A stretch of DNA of 64,000 bases from Squalus acanthias (taxonomy: Eukaryota). Location of the stretch: positions 120,158,001 to 120,222,000 of the forward strand of contig CM059431.1 of the NCBI GenBank assembly GCA_030390025.1, in the 5' to 3' direction. The position numbers and the translations under genes are program-made. Below the pieces are notes generated by a model. It ran no database searches and had not been told where the DNA came from. It saw only the letters and a list, made by a program, of their open reading frames with translations. Shown here one piece after another: positions 53,030-64,000 of this stretch (positions are counted from its first letter, which is position 1; every line of letters starts with the position of its first letter).

Positions 53030-53690
53030 TCTTGGAGGCAGGAAGGGGATTACAGCCACTTAACTGCCTGTTAACAGGCAGATAAGAGGATTATCCCTAT
53101 TTTACCCACACAAGTGCGGGCTTCCTGAAGGCTGCGAACCCCGCCAGGGTCACCGAGGCGAGTAGTGGGTCTGCGGGGGTCTGCGGGGTACAAAAGTGCG
53201 CTGTGAAGGTAAGTGATGGATGCAAGTGTGGAGAGGTGAGTATGTGAGGTAAGTGGAAAGTGTTAGAAAAAGTTTATTTACCTTTGTTTCTTCCTGCAGG
53301 CTTCAAGAGTTGGGGATGCGGAGAGTCTCGCACCTCCGCCGCAGAGATGACAGATGGCTGCTGCATTCTCCAATGCAATAATCATCTAATTTCTGCTAAA
53401 GAGGTTTGATGAGTCTTGAATTCAAGAACTCATCAAACTACAGAGAATGTCAGTGTTTGACACCTTCACAGAGCTGTCAAATGATGACAATTCATCTGTC
53501 AAAAATGTTTGACAGATGAAATGTCATACGCTGACGTTCTCTATAACCGGCTTTCCCTTAATTGGCCTGCTAAGCCCGCTGGGCGGACTTAACAAGGTCA
53601 ATCAAGGGAAAATAGCATGGGTTGGCCACAAATTGATGGAGGCGGGACATCGACCCTCCAACGTGCCCCCATTGGTGAAATCGCCCCCAT
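53030..53690. mobile_element. Harbinger-like MITE fragment related to 21720-22591
   Basis: Shared TTAACTGCCTGTTAAC core and terminal GAAATCGCCCCCATA. Confidence 0.5.
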
Positions 53691-53912
53691 AGAATCTTAG
53701 AATGGTTACAGCAGAGAAGGAGGCCATTCAACCCGTCAAGCCTGTGCCAGCTCTCTGCAAGAGCACTTCAGCTAGTCCCACTCCCTGCCCTTTCCCCATA
53801 GCCCTGCTAATTTTTTCCCCTCAGGTACTTATCCAATTCCCTTTTGAAAGCCATGACTGAATTTGCCTCCACCACCCTTTTAGGCATTGCATTCCAGATC
53901 CTAACCACTGCA
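53690..53912 (-). mobile_element. CR1-type 3' end fragment
   Basis: VVRIWNA.P..VVEA.S..AFKRELD remnant. Confidence 0.7.
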
Positions 53913-54149
53913 TGAGTTATTGAGGAAGATAGAGGGGGAAGGCACCAAATTAAATCCCTTTTTTGTGCTGAGTTAGCTGACCTTAGCTGGGCAAATGATA
54001 GGCGCACCAAAATTACCCTCAGCTCTCAGGTAAGGAAGGGGAAAATCTGCCAGAGTTCTATCTCCTGATCACTATCCAGTGACCCTGATTAGAATGTGCA
54101 TGTTAGGATGTTTAGTGAAGAGAAAAACAAACCAAATCTGGCCCATGGA

Positions 54150-54725
54150 CAAAGCCACAATAAAGACCAATAGTATTTTGGATTTTGTAAATAGAGGCAT
54201 AGAGTACAACAGCAAAGATGCAATGATAAATTAGTACAAAACATTGTTTAGGCCATAGTTGGAGTGTTTGTAGTTTTAAATGCTTCATGATAAAAATTAT
54301 TTTAATTCACCAAGATGATACCAGGGATGGGAGCCTATAGTTCTAAGGAGAAAATGTAGAAGCTGGGGCTATTGGAGCAGAGGTGATTAAAGTCTGATTG
54401 AGTGAATATTTCCTTTGTTGGGGAGTCAGTGGTGAGGGGTTATCAATTCAAAATTGCCTCTGAGAGCGAGGACAAAGGTTAGGAGAAATTTCTTTACCTA
54501 AAAAGTTGTTAGAGTATGAGCTACTTTGCCCACAGAGAGTGGTGGAGGCAGAGACTATTGCATCGTTTAAAGGAACAGTCGATAGACATTTAAAATAGAG
54601 GACGATACAGGGCCATGGGGAGAGAAGAGGGCAGGAGGTTTAGTTTTGGATTGCTCTAGCAAAGAGCGAACAGAAATACAGTGGGCCAAATTGCTTCCTT
54701 CCGTGCTGTGAACTTCTATAGTTCT
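54150..54725 (+). mobile_element. Old CR1 3' fragment
   Basis: Degenerate ORF2 C-terminal remnant and CR1-type tail. Confidence 0.6.
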
Positions 54726-56494
54726 ATTGTAGTGCTGAGTCTTTTTTAGATCAGTCTGAAAATGGCATTAATAATAAATGACAGCAGGACAAAAGAATTG
54801 AAATGGAAACAAAATGCGACTGGATATGATTCATGATATGGACTACCATTTCTGTAGGTTTACTTTAATTATTTACATTACCACCAAAGAGGTCTGCTCA
54901 GTTGTCACAGTTTCCACTTTGTTCAAATTGGTTATTACCAAAAGTTTTCATTGGGACTATTCCACTTGATTCCAATGACAGCTGTAATGAACTATGAAAA
55001 TACATATTATTATTTATGATGCAGATGTCATTACAATTGAGTAGTGTGCAGTTCATAATGCATTTTTAAAATTTCCCTGTTTTATTTACTTAGTCACCCG
55101 TCATGTAGAATAAAAGATTGATTTTACTTCCATTCACATCCACTAATTTAGTGGAAATAAAGATGATTATTGTTCAAGCTCACAAAAAAACTGGAACAGC
55201 AGCCAGGCATTGTGAAATTTGTGTTGTTCCAGCCAGACACATTGACATAATTCTCTTCAATGGAACCATTCTTCAAAACATTCCATCTCCTCCCTCTTCA
55301 AAAGACACTGCCAGCTGTTGCCACAGCACTGAAATACACTGAGAACTCGCAAACAAAAAAGTCCAGCAACCACTCCATTGCTGGGTGAACTGGCGTCTCT
55401 AGTGGGAGACAGAGCACACAGTGTTTGAGATCCAATTGAATATCAATTTTTGTGATGTCCTTTATCCATTTCTGGGCTCAGGTTCGGTGTTTCTGATAAA
55501 GTGAAGGTTATCCTGAAAATATAACATGGTGCTACACAGCCTGAATCTTGTTCAACTCTTGCTCATTACGCGAGTATTCCTGTTGCCGGAGCCTGGTGTG
55601 TAGGTTAAATCTTATCCCTTATGCTGTGCTCCTCTTCTGAAGAACTCAAGCTAGGTTATGGTTTCACAGTTCCATCATGCTGCATAATGGGATAGTAGAT
55701 GCAAGTTTATTTTATCCCTAAAGTTTACAACTGGTGACTTCTCTGTCCTTGAGAGAGTACAGAGATTGACAGCCAAAGTTACTCAAGATATCATGTTGTG
55801 AGGAAAAGTCAAAGGTCTTATAAGGAAAGAGGAGGCTCCTGCTGATGAAATTGTCATTTACAAAATTATTTACCTCTCTAGTGGCTCAGGCTGAAGTATC
55901 AGGTGGTGGCAAAGGAGCAGCCACAGTCATAAGCAGTTTATTTATTCATTCTCAAAGGGTCAACGTTCCCTTCTGACGACTCTCAAGTCACTCTTTGCCG
56001 CAGTGTGATTCTAGTCCTAAGATACTTCACATAGAATAGTTACAGAACAAGATAAAGCTAAAATATTAATCCAGTAGTGATACTCGATTTTTCTGCTGAA
56101 TACTCTTTTTCTTGGCTTTGGCCTAGTAACTGGGGTGTCTGTCTTAGATTTGCTCCATACTGGCATTTTGCTAGGGTAATTGTCCATTTTAAAAAAGACA
56201 TGCTTTTTACACCTCTCAGTCTGTTACTATGGTGATCTCGGTGGGATCAAGTGCGCCCAAGTCTTTAAGTTTTGGTAAGCCACTGTGTTCCTTATTACAT
56301 GGATATGTGGGGCATTCCCCCAGGGCACCCAATTCAAAGTGTATTTATTTATTTTAATTTATTTCTGGGTTTTTCCCAGATTATAATTAGGTAAGGTACT
56401 GTGCTCTCCCTGTTCATTTCTCAGGCAAATGCCCTGATTCTCACATCAAGGGTTTTACTACTATACTGCTGCTGTGCCATGGTGATAGATTGAA

Positions 56495-56823
56495 AGCATC
56501 CATCTTGTGATACAGACAGCTTCCCTTTTACAATCAGGTATTTCTTTCTGCAATGCTCATTAGCATCAATCTTGTGATGAATAAAACTAGTTTTGATTTT
56601 ACATCCAGCTATTTGTTTCTGCTACAACCATTCTAATCCATTTTGCGATACAGACAGTTTTGATTTTACAATCAAATATTTATTTCTGCTATACCTATTA
56701 TCATTCATCTTGTGGGGAAGCAAATTTTGATTTTACAGCCAATTATTTGTTTCTGCCACAACCATTATTATCCATCTTGTGATATGGCTAGTTTTTTCTT
56801 TTACAGCCAATTATTGCTTCTGC
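56495..56823. repeat. Degenerate tandem repeat, about 5 x 67-70 bp
   Basis: Recurring CATCTTGTGA...TTTTGATTTTACA...TATTTGTTTCTGC. Confidence 0.75.
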
Positions 56824-56929
56824 TTCAAAGAGGTTTGTAAACAATGATCTGTTCATGTAGACTTTAAAATTTATCCGTTTAACAATTCTGCTAAACAAAG
56901 AATTTGAACAGTCAACTTTTACCTAAAGG

Positions 56930-57420
56930 ATGGGTGCCCAGAGATGGAGGAAAGCATTGACTGCACTCATTTGGGCTTGAAAATCCCAAACAATAATCCT
57001 CTCAATTTCATCAAAGGGAAAGGCTCCCATTCCATTAACAGGCAGCTAATGTGTAATGTCAAATCACATAGTACATCAATGCTCGTTACCCAGATAGTTG
57101 GTATGACTCTTTCATACATTGTCAATCATACCTGCTTTGATGAGTCAAAACAATGTTTCAAAATTATTGATTGGAGACCAGGGATATCCCCTGCAGTCAC
57201 GGCTAATGACTCCTCTAAGGCATCTGCACTCAGAAAGGGCAACAGATATAATAAGGCCCTTAGAGCAACTGGAATTGTTATTGAGCAGGACACAGGAATA
57301 TAGACATCCTGTTTCAGAGGAATTGACAAATCTGGTCGTGACCAGCAATACAGCCCAGCAAAGGTCTCGCAAATTATTGCCACATGCTACATTCTATATA
57401 ACTTTGCAATTCACAAAGGC
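56930..57420 (+). pseudogene. Highly decayed Harbinger transposase relic
   Basis: IDCTH, KG.HSIN.QL.C, LIGDQGYPL..LMTPLR, VIEQ..G spread across frames. Confidence 0.75.
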
Positions 57421-58274
57421 ATACTCCTTCCAGAAGCAGTTAATAAGGAAGAACGGGAAGAAGGAACCAGCTCTTCATCATCAGCTCATAAATAGCATGC
57501 ACAGGAAGAAGAGTTGACTCATGATAGCACTCTGCCTCCACCATGAGCGAGAAGGCAGTGAATAATAAACAACTGCTTTCAATAAATATTACTCAAGAAA
57601 GACATTTACAACCTTTTCCTTCTGAACCAATTCCCTCCATGGCCTTAATATTGACACCTTTCTCCAAAGCTTGTGAACTTTGACTCTTTCATGGAGAATT
57701 CCCAGCCTCACTGCTTAACCTTTTAGAACACATATCTGCATACAACCACAAAAGGACATTCTAAACAAATCTACATATTACTTGAGACATCATATCAACT
57801 CTAACTACAGCAAGTTCTTACCATTGCATCTATCCCTTCTGTTTGCTAACCTGAGCTCCTTAAACTTCTACTTCTACGGGAGGAAATGCAGTGGGAATGG
57901 ATGTGAAGGGCGTGATTGCATTGCCAGGGATGGGGGGAGAGCAGGGTGGCAGGGAAGCATAAGTGATGTAGAAAGGAATGAGAAGGCATCACTGAGGCAT
58001 TTGGACCACACTTTCTCCACAACACCCACCTAGCTTGCAAGCTTTAGCGGCTCCTTTCCCCACCACACCATACCCAGTCACCATCTCCCACCCAAAAGAC
58101 AAAAAGAGGGAGAGCATAAGTGGTCAGAGGAGAGAGAGAGAAAAAAAGAGAGAGAGAAGAAAGAAGTAAATAGTACCATAGGATCTTTTACGGGAGAAAG
58201 AGAGAGACAGAAGCAACAGAGGAGAAACAACAACATGAAGACAACAGAAACAAGTAAGAGAGATGTCATATTCA

Positions 58275-59066
58275 CTGATGAGAAGTCGCACAACACCAGG
58301 TTATAGTCCGACAGATTTATTTAAAATTACAAGCTTTCGGAGCTATCGCCCCTTCTTCAGGTAAAGTTACCATGAGTGAATCTACAAAAGTTCACAGAAT
58401 ATAAACACAGAAAATGCAGAGATACAATCTTTCCTTACATCAAAGACACACCCAGAGCACAGCCAAGACAATGAGATAAGTCCCAGGGGGTCCAATGTGT
58501 CAAATCTTGCTGTCTGCAGCAGATCTCTCTCCATATCCCTTCCACTCTCTCCGTCTTTTTTGGGGTTTGTTTTTTGTGTTTGTTTTTTTGTGTTTGTTTA
58601 TCAAAAACTGGAAAGACAGACAACGATGTCAAGTCACGTTCTGTAGCGTGACATGAACCCGATATCCCTATTGAGGCCGTCCTCATGAGTGTGCAACTTG
58701 GCTATCAGTTTCTGCTCGATGATTTTGCGTTGTCATGTGTCTCGAATGCCGCCTTGAAGAAAGCTAACCCGCAGATCCAAGGCTGAATGCTCTTGACTGC
58801 TAAAGTGTTCCCCGACTGGAGGCAACCATCATGCCTGGCAATTGTTGCGCGGTGTCTGTTCATACGTTGTCTCAGGGCTGGATTTTGTCTTGGGGTCGGG
58901 TTGGGATCATGTAATCCGCATTTCGTGTTTCCCCCCTGACTCCAGATTAATGTGGATGAATGATGCAATTTTCACTTAATTGGGCAATTGAGTTCCAGCA
59001 TGTGGGAACCCATGAACCAATTTGTGGTTTCAGTCTGAAAGTCGCCTCTGATGATGTTATCATTGC

Positions 59067-59105
<39 letters not shown>

Positions 59106-60095
59106 CCGCAAATTTAATCCCCCACACGCCTCCAAACCCGACTCCATGGGTCATTCAAAATCCAGACCTCAGTGTCTGCATGGTCTCGCCGATGTACCAT
59201 GCTCTGGGGCATCCTTTCCTGCAACGTATCAGGTAGACAACGTTGGCCGAGTCACATGAGTATGTACCATGTACCTGGTGGGTAGTGTCCTCACGTGTGA
59301 TGACGGTATCTGTGTTCATGATCTGGCATGTCTTGCAGAGGTTGCCGTGGCAGGGTTGTGTGGTGTCGTGGTTGCTGTTCTCCTGACAGCTGGGTAATTT
59401 GCTGCGAACGATGGTACTTTTGAGGTTAGGCGGCTGCTTGAAGGTGATTAGTGGAGGCGTGGGGATGGCCTTAGCAAGGTGTTCGTCGTCATCGATGACA
59501 TGATGAAGGCTGCGACGAACATGGCGTACTTTCTCCGCTCCGGGGAAGTACTGGACGACATAGGGTACTCTGTTGGTTGTGTCCCGTGTTCGACTTCTGA
59601 GGAGGTCTATGCGGTTTTTCGCTGTGGCCCGTCGGAACTGTCGATTGATGAGTCGAGCGTCATATCCCGTTCTTACGAGGGCGTCTTTCAGTGTCCGTAG
59701 GTGTCCATCGCGTTCCTCCTCGTCTGAGCAGATCCTGTGTATTCGCAGGGCTTCTCCATAGGGGATGGCTTCTTTAACGTGGTTAGGGTGGAAGCTGGAG
59801 AAGTGGAGCATCGTGAGGTTGTCCGTGGGCTTGTGGTAGAGTGAAGTGCTGAGGCGTCCGTCTTTGATGGAGATTCGTGTGTCCAAGAATGAAAACGATT
59901 CTGAGGAGTAGTCCATGGTGAGTTTGATGGTGGATCGAACCTGTTGATGCTATCGTGTAGTCCTTTCAGTGATCCTTCGCCGTGGGTCCAAAGGAAGAAG
60001 ATGTCGTCGATGTATCTGGTGTACAGCGTTGGTTGGACGTCCTGTGCAGCGAAGAAGTCTTGCTCGAACTTGTGCATGAAGATGTTGGCATATTC
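58275..60095 (-). mobile_element. Penelope-like element 3' portion (RT, GIY-YIG, terminal repeat), interrupted at about 58880-59165 by a (GA)n-containing insert
   Basis: YTRYIDDIFF, FLD, KPTD, CKTC, VVYLIRC...YIGET.Q.LR; LRQRMN.HR resumes after the insert. Confidence 0.88.
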
Positions 60096-60130
60096 ACTGA
60101 TGCCTTACAAAATCCACCAGTAATGATATA

Positions 60131-61023
60131 GGGGGAAAAATTCAGTTGGTTGCGCCTCCCGTTAGCGCCTTAAGAGGGCGCTAATGGGGCGCAAAGCATC
60201 TAGCACACAGGTGCGGCGAAGTTTGCGCCGCTCGCGAAATTAACTAGACATTTTGCGGCGGCGCTAAACACTACCGCCACGATCTCCTGCGCCGGCAGAT
60301 CATGACGTCACTCGAGTGCGCAACGCCCCGGTATCGCCCCGGAGCGGATATTGAGTGGCGCCCCCTGCCTTACCGCCTGACGCTAGCAACGACAGGTTGA
60401 GGGGATCGTTCTGCAGTCATGAAGGGAAAGGGGGAGCGCTAGTTAAAGGTGACCGCTTCCTGCCTTTTATTGTTGGTGCCATTTTTGAACTACGCATTCT
60501 GAGAGAGAGAGGGAGAGACTTCTGGAGAGATTCAACATTGTGTGAAGGAGTTTTGGGTACTGAGCAGCACTTTGCAGGTTCATTTTGATTTGCCATTCCT
60601 TGTATCGATTTAGCAGAGACTGTGGGGGCTGCATTCTGAGCTCTTGGCCTGGTACTCTCCATTGTTCTTTCCAGCACATTTGATGTGCAAGTCTCTCCAG
60701 GCCGAGATTCAAGGCTGCAATGAGCAGGATGTGGATGGAAAGCAAGATTTACCATCCCCTTTAAGAACTGGCCCGTGCCATTGTGAGTATGTTCCATTGC
60801 TGACTGACATTACATGAGCTTCGCCAGCGCACTGAGGTAGCGCCTCGCTCCTCGGCCTTTGCGCCTTAAGACAGGTGTGAAGCGCCTGATATAGCGCTGC
60901 AATCACCTCCAGGGGCGATAAAAGTCAAGTTTGCAGTCGGTGGCGATAATTAGCGCCAGGCGCTAATCTTTGCGCCCGGCCGATAATTGCGCCCCAAATG
61001 GGGCGATACTGAATTTCTCCCCC
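60131..61023. mobile_element. MITE-like element with long GC-rich subterminal arms
   Basis: TIRs GGGGGAAAAATTCAGT and ACTGAATTTCTCCCCC; ATA on both flanks. Confidence 0.7.
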
Positions 61024-61819
61024 ATAGACTCTTACAGAGCTTTTACACAGGGGAATGAAAACCTGAATCCTCTCCTCACCAAGTGTGGAACCAGTTTTCA
61101 ATAATAAACTACAATTGATCGTGTCCTTTGATTCAGAGATATTCGGTTATGAAGAAAATCAGGGCAATTAGAATTAGCAGTTGGGGTCACTATGAATTCT
61201 CAGCTGGGCCATATTATGGCCCGTTAAAACTTTTTGATTGTCTCCCACAACAAGATTATTATCAGACACCAATACCATTAGAGGCAGTGAAACCCTTCGG
61301 GAGTGGAATTTTGTTGGGTACTTGGGTACCAACGGAAAATGTCACCAGGTCCAAAGATAAAATGTTTCCTGCTGGCAACACTTACCATCAGATCTGCCAC
61401 GTTGGGGTTGGCAGCAGGTGGATTGACTCCTCAGCTCAACCATTTAGTCAGCAATGTGCTTTTGCATCAATGAAGGTCTCATCCAAAGTGATAAATTCCC
61501 AAGTGTAACTAACCATGCATGCCATTCCAGATCAACACTTCACCCTTTCCACACCATATTTTTATGCTGGTTATTTTTGTCACCTCTGTTTTGAGGGATG
61601 GATTTCCCTATTCTACTGGAGGGCAGGAGGATAATATCCTTCGCTGCAATCTTTTATCGGTTGTTCTATTATACGTATAGGACTTGGATATACCAGAGTT
61701 TAATTTGGTCTCACAGGTTCTCCAAAAGAAACAAAAATATAATAACCAGGTTGAAATAAATGTTTGTCCTATTTGTATTCCATAATGGAAGCTTTATACT
61801 GGTTGCCCAGCAAAAGACA

Positions 61820-63860
61820 ACAACTCAACTCGAATGCAGCAAGACCTGGATGACATTCAGGTTTGGGCTGATAAGTGGCAAGTAACATTCGCACCACACA
61901 AGTGCCAGGCAATGACTATCTCCAACAAGTGAGAGTCTAACCACCACCCCTTGACATTGAACGGTATTACCATCGCCGAATCCCCTATCATCAACATCCT
62001 GGGGGGGTCACCATTGACCAGAAACTTAACTGGACCAGCTACAAGAGCAAGTGGTTATTCTAAGAACATAACATAAGAAGTAAGAGCAGGAGTAGGCCAG
62101 ACGGCCCCTCGAGCCTGCTCTGCCATTCAATAAGATCATGGCTGATCATTGACCTCATCTCCACTTTCCCGCCCGATCTCCATATCCCTTGATTCCCCTA
62201 GAGTCAAAAAATCTATCTATCTCAGCCTTGAATATACTCAAAGACTCAGCATTCACAGCCCTCTGGGGCAGAGAATTCCAAAGATTCACAACCCTCTGAA
62301 TGAAGAAATTCCTCCTCATCTCAGTCTTAAATGACCTACCCCTTATCCTGAGACTATGCCCCCTAGTTCTAGACACTCCAGCCAGGGGAAACAGCCTCTC
62401 AGCATCTACCCTGTCAATCCCCTTCAAAATCTTGTATGTTTCAATGAGATCACCTCTCATTCTTCTAAACTCCAGAGAGTATAGGCCCATTCTACACAAT
62501 CTCTCATCATAGGACAGCCCTCTCATCCCAGGAATCAATCTAGTGAACCTTTGTTGCACCTCCTCCAAGGCAAGTATATCCTTCCTTAGATAAGGAGACC
62601 AAAACTGTGCACAGTACTCCAGGTGTGGTCTCCCCAAGGCCCTGTACAATTGTAGCAAGACTTCCTTACTCTTATACTCCAATCCTCTTGCAATAAAGGT
62701 CAACATGCCACTTGTCTGCCTTATTGCTTGCTGTACCTGCATGCTAGCTTTCTGTGTTTCTTGCACGAGGACACCCAAATCTCTCTGAACACCAACATTT
62801 GAAAGTTTCTCACCATTTAAAAAATATTTGTTTTTTCTATTCTTCCAACCAAAGTGAATAATCTCACATTTCCCTACATTATACTCCATCTGCCACCTTA
62901 TTGCCCACTCACTTCGTCTATCTATATCCCTTTGCAGACTCTTTGTGTTCTCCTCACAGCTTACTGTCCCACCTAGCTTTGTATCATCAGCATAATTGGA
63001 TACATTAACTTGGACCCTTCATCTAGGTCGTTAATATAGATTGTAAATAGCTGAGGCTCCAACACTGATCCTTGCGGCACCCCACCAGTTACAGCCTGCC
63101 AACCTGAAAAAAATCCGTTTATCCCTACTCTCTGGTTTCTGTCCGTTAACCAATCCTCTATCCATGCTACTATTATACCCCCAACCCCATGAGCCCTAAT
63201 CTTGTGTAATAACCTTTTATGTGGCACCTTATAGAATGCCTTTTGGAAATCCAAATATACTACATCCACTGGTTCTGCGGCGAGTGTCTTACCTTCTGAC
63301 TCCCCAAAGCCTTCCCACCATCTACAAGGTATAAGTCAGGAGTGTGACGGAATACTCTCCACTTGCCTGGATGAGTGCAGCTCCAACAACACTCAAGAAG
63401 CTCGACACCATCCAGGACAAAGCAGCCCGCTTGATTGGCACCCCATCCACCACCTTAAACATTCACTCCCTGCACCACCGGCGCACCATGGCTGCAGTGT
63501 GTACCATCTACAAGATGTACTGCAGCAGCTCGCCAAGGCTTCTTCGGCAGCACCTCCCAAACCTGTGATCTCTACCGCCTAGAAGGACAAAGGCAGCAGG
63601 TGCATGAGAACACCACCAGCTGCAAGTTCCCCTTCAAGTTACACACCATCCTGACTTGGAAATATATCGCCGTTCCTTCATCATTGCTGGGACAAAATCC
63701 TGGATCTCCCTCCCTAACAGCACTGTGGGAGTACCTTCACCACACGGACTGCAGCGATTCAAGAAGGTGGCTGATCACCACCTTCTCAAGGGCAATTAGG
63801 GATGGGCAATAAATGCCGGCCTTGCCAGCGACGCCCACATCCTAGGAACGAATAAAAAAA
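61820..63860 (+). mobile_element. 3' part of the LINE family seen at 32755-35800, split by a CR1 insertion
   Basis: 61830-62050 matches about 34972-35200; 63272-63860 matches about 35220-35800. Confidence 0.85.
62061..63275 (-). mobile_element. 5'-truncated CR1 LINE (RT C-terminal half)
   Basis: [35 protein letters not shown], and a TTCTTATG tail. Confidence 0.92.
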
Positions 63861-64000
63861 ACAGAGCAAAAACATCATGACAAATGCTGTTCTTTTAAAA
63901 TGTACAATTGCAATTATTGTTATAGGTGGCAGCTCTTGTTCCATTTCATGAGGAGAAAGTCAAGGTGCCCAGCTCAGAAAGACTAATGCATCCTTGCAGT

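Overview
Eukaryotic, repeat-dense genomic DNA. The SINE/CR1/Penelope/Harbinger repertoire suggests a vertebrate, probably a cartilaginous fish (inference). I found no convincing host protein-coding exon. The window is dominated by two related retrovirus-like LTR elements in opposite orientation. Copy B (38620-51475, minus strand) looks fully intact and young. It has 1.7-kb near-identical TG...CA LTRs, a 4-bp CCCA target-site duplication, and gag-(UGA-CUAG in-frame stop)-pol with PR, RT, a degenerate RNase H, a second RNase H, IN and a long tail. Its env resembles a paramyxo/pneumovirus-type F protein with an N-terminal immunoglobulin-like domain. This architecture best fits the lokiretrovirus lineage. 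Copy A (1-7622, plus strand, cut by the window edge) is a non-autonomous relative. Its PR-RT-RH-IN region is replaced in frame by a short duplicated leucine-zipper-like module, while the readthrough signal, the Pol tail and an intact env are kept. The window also holds a hAT-type non-autonomous transposon containing a 5.6-kb polypyrimidine satellite, an ORF1-only Tx1/L1-like element inserted into a SINE head, a decayed two-gene Harbinger transposon, Penelope-like elements with hammerhead-like motifs, and many LINE and MITE fragments. All alignments and counts were done by eye, and boundaries of old repeats are approximate.
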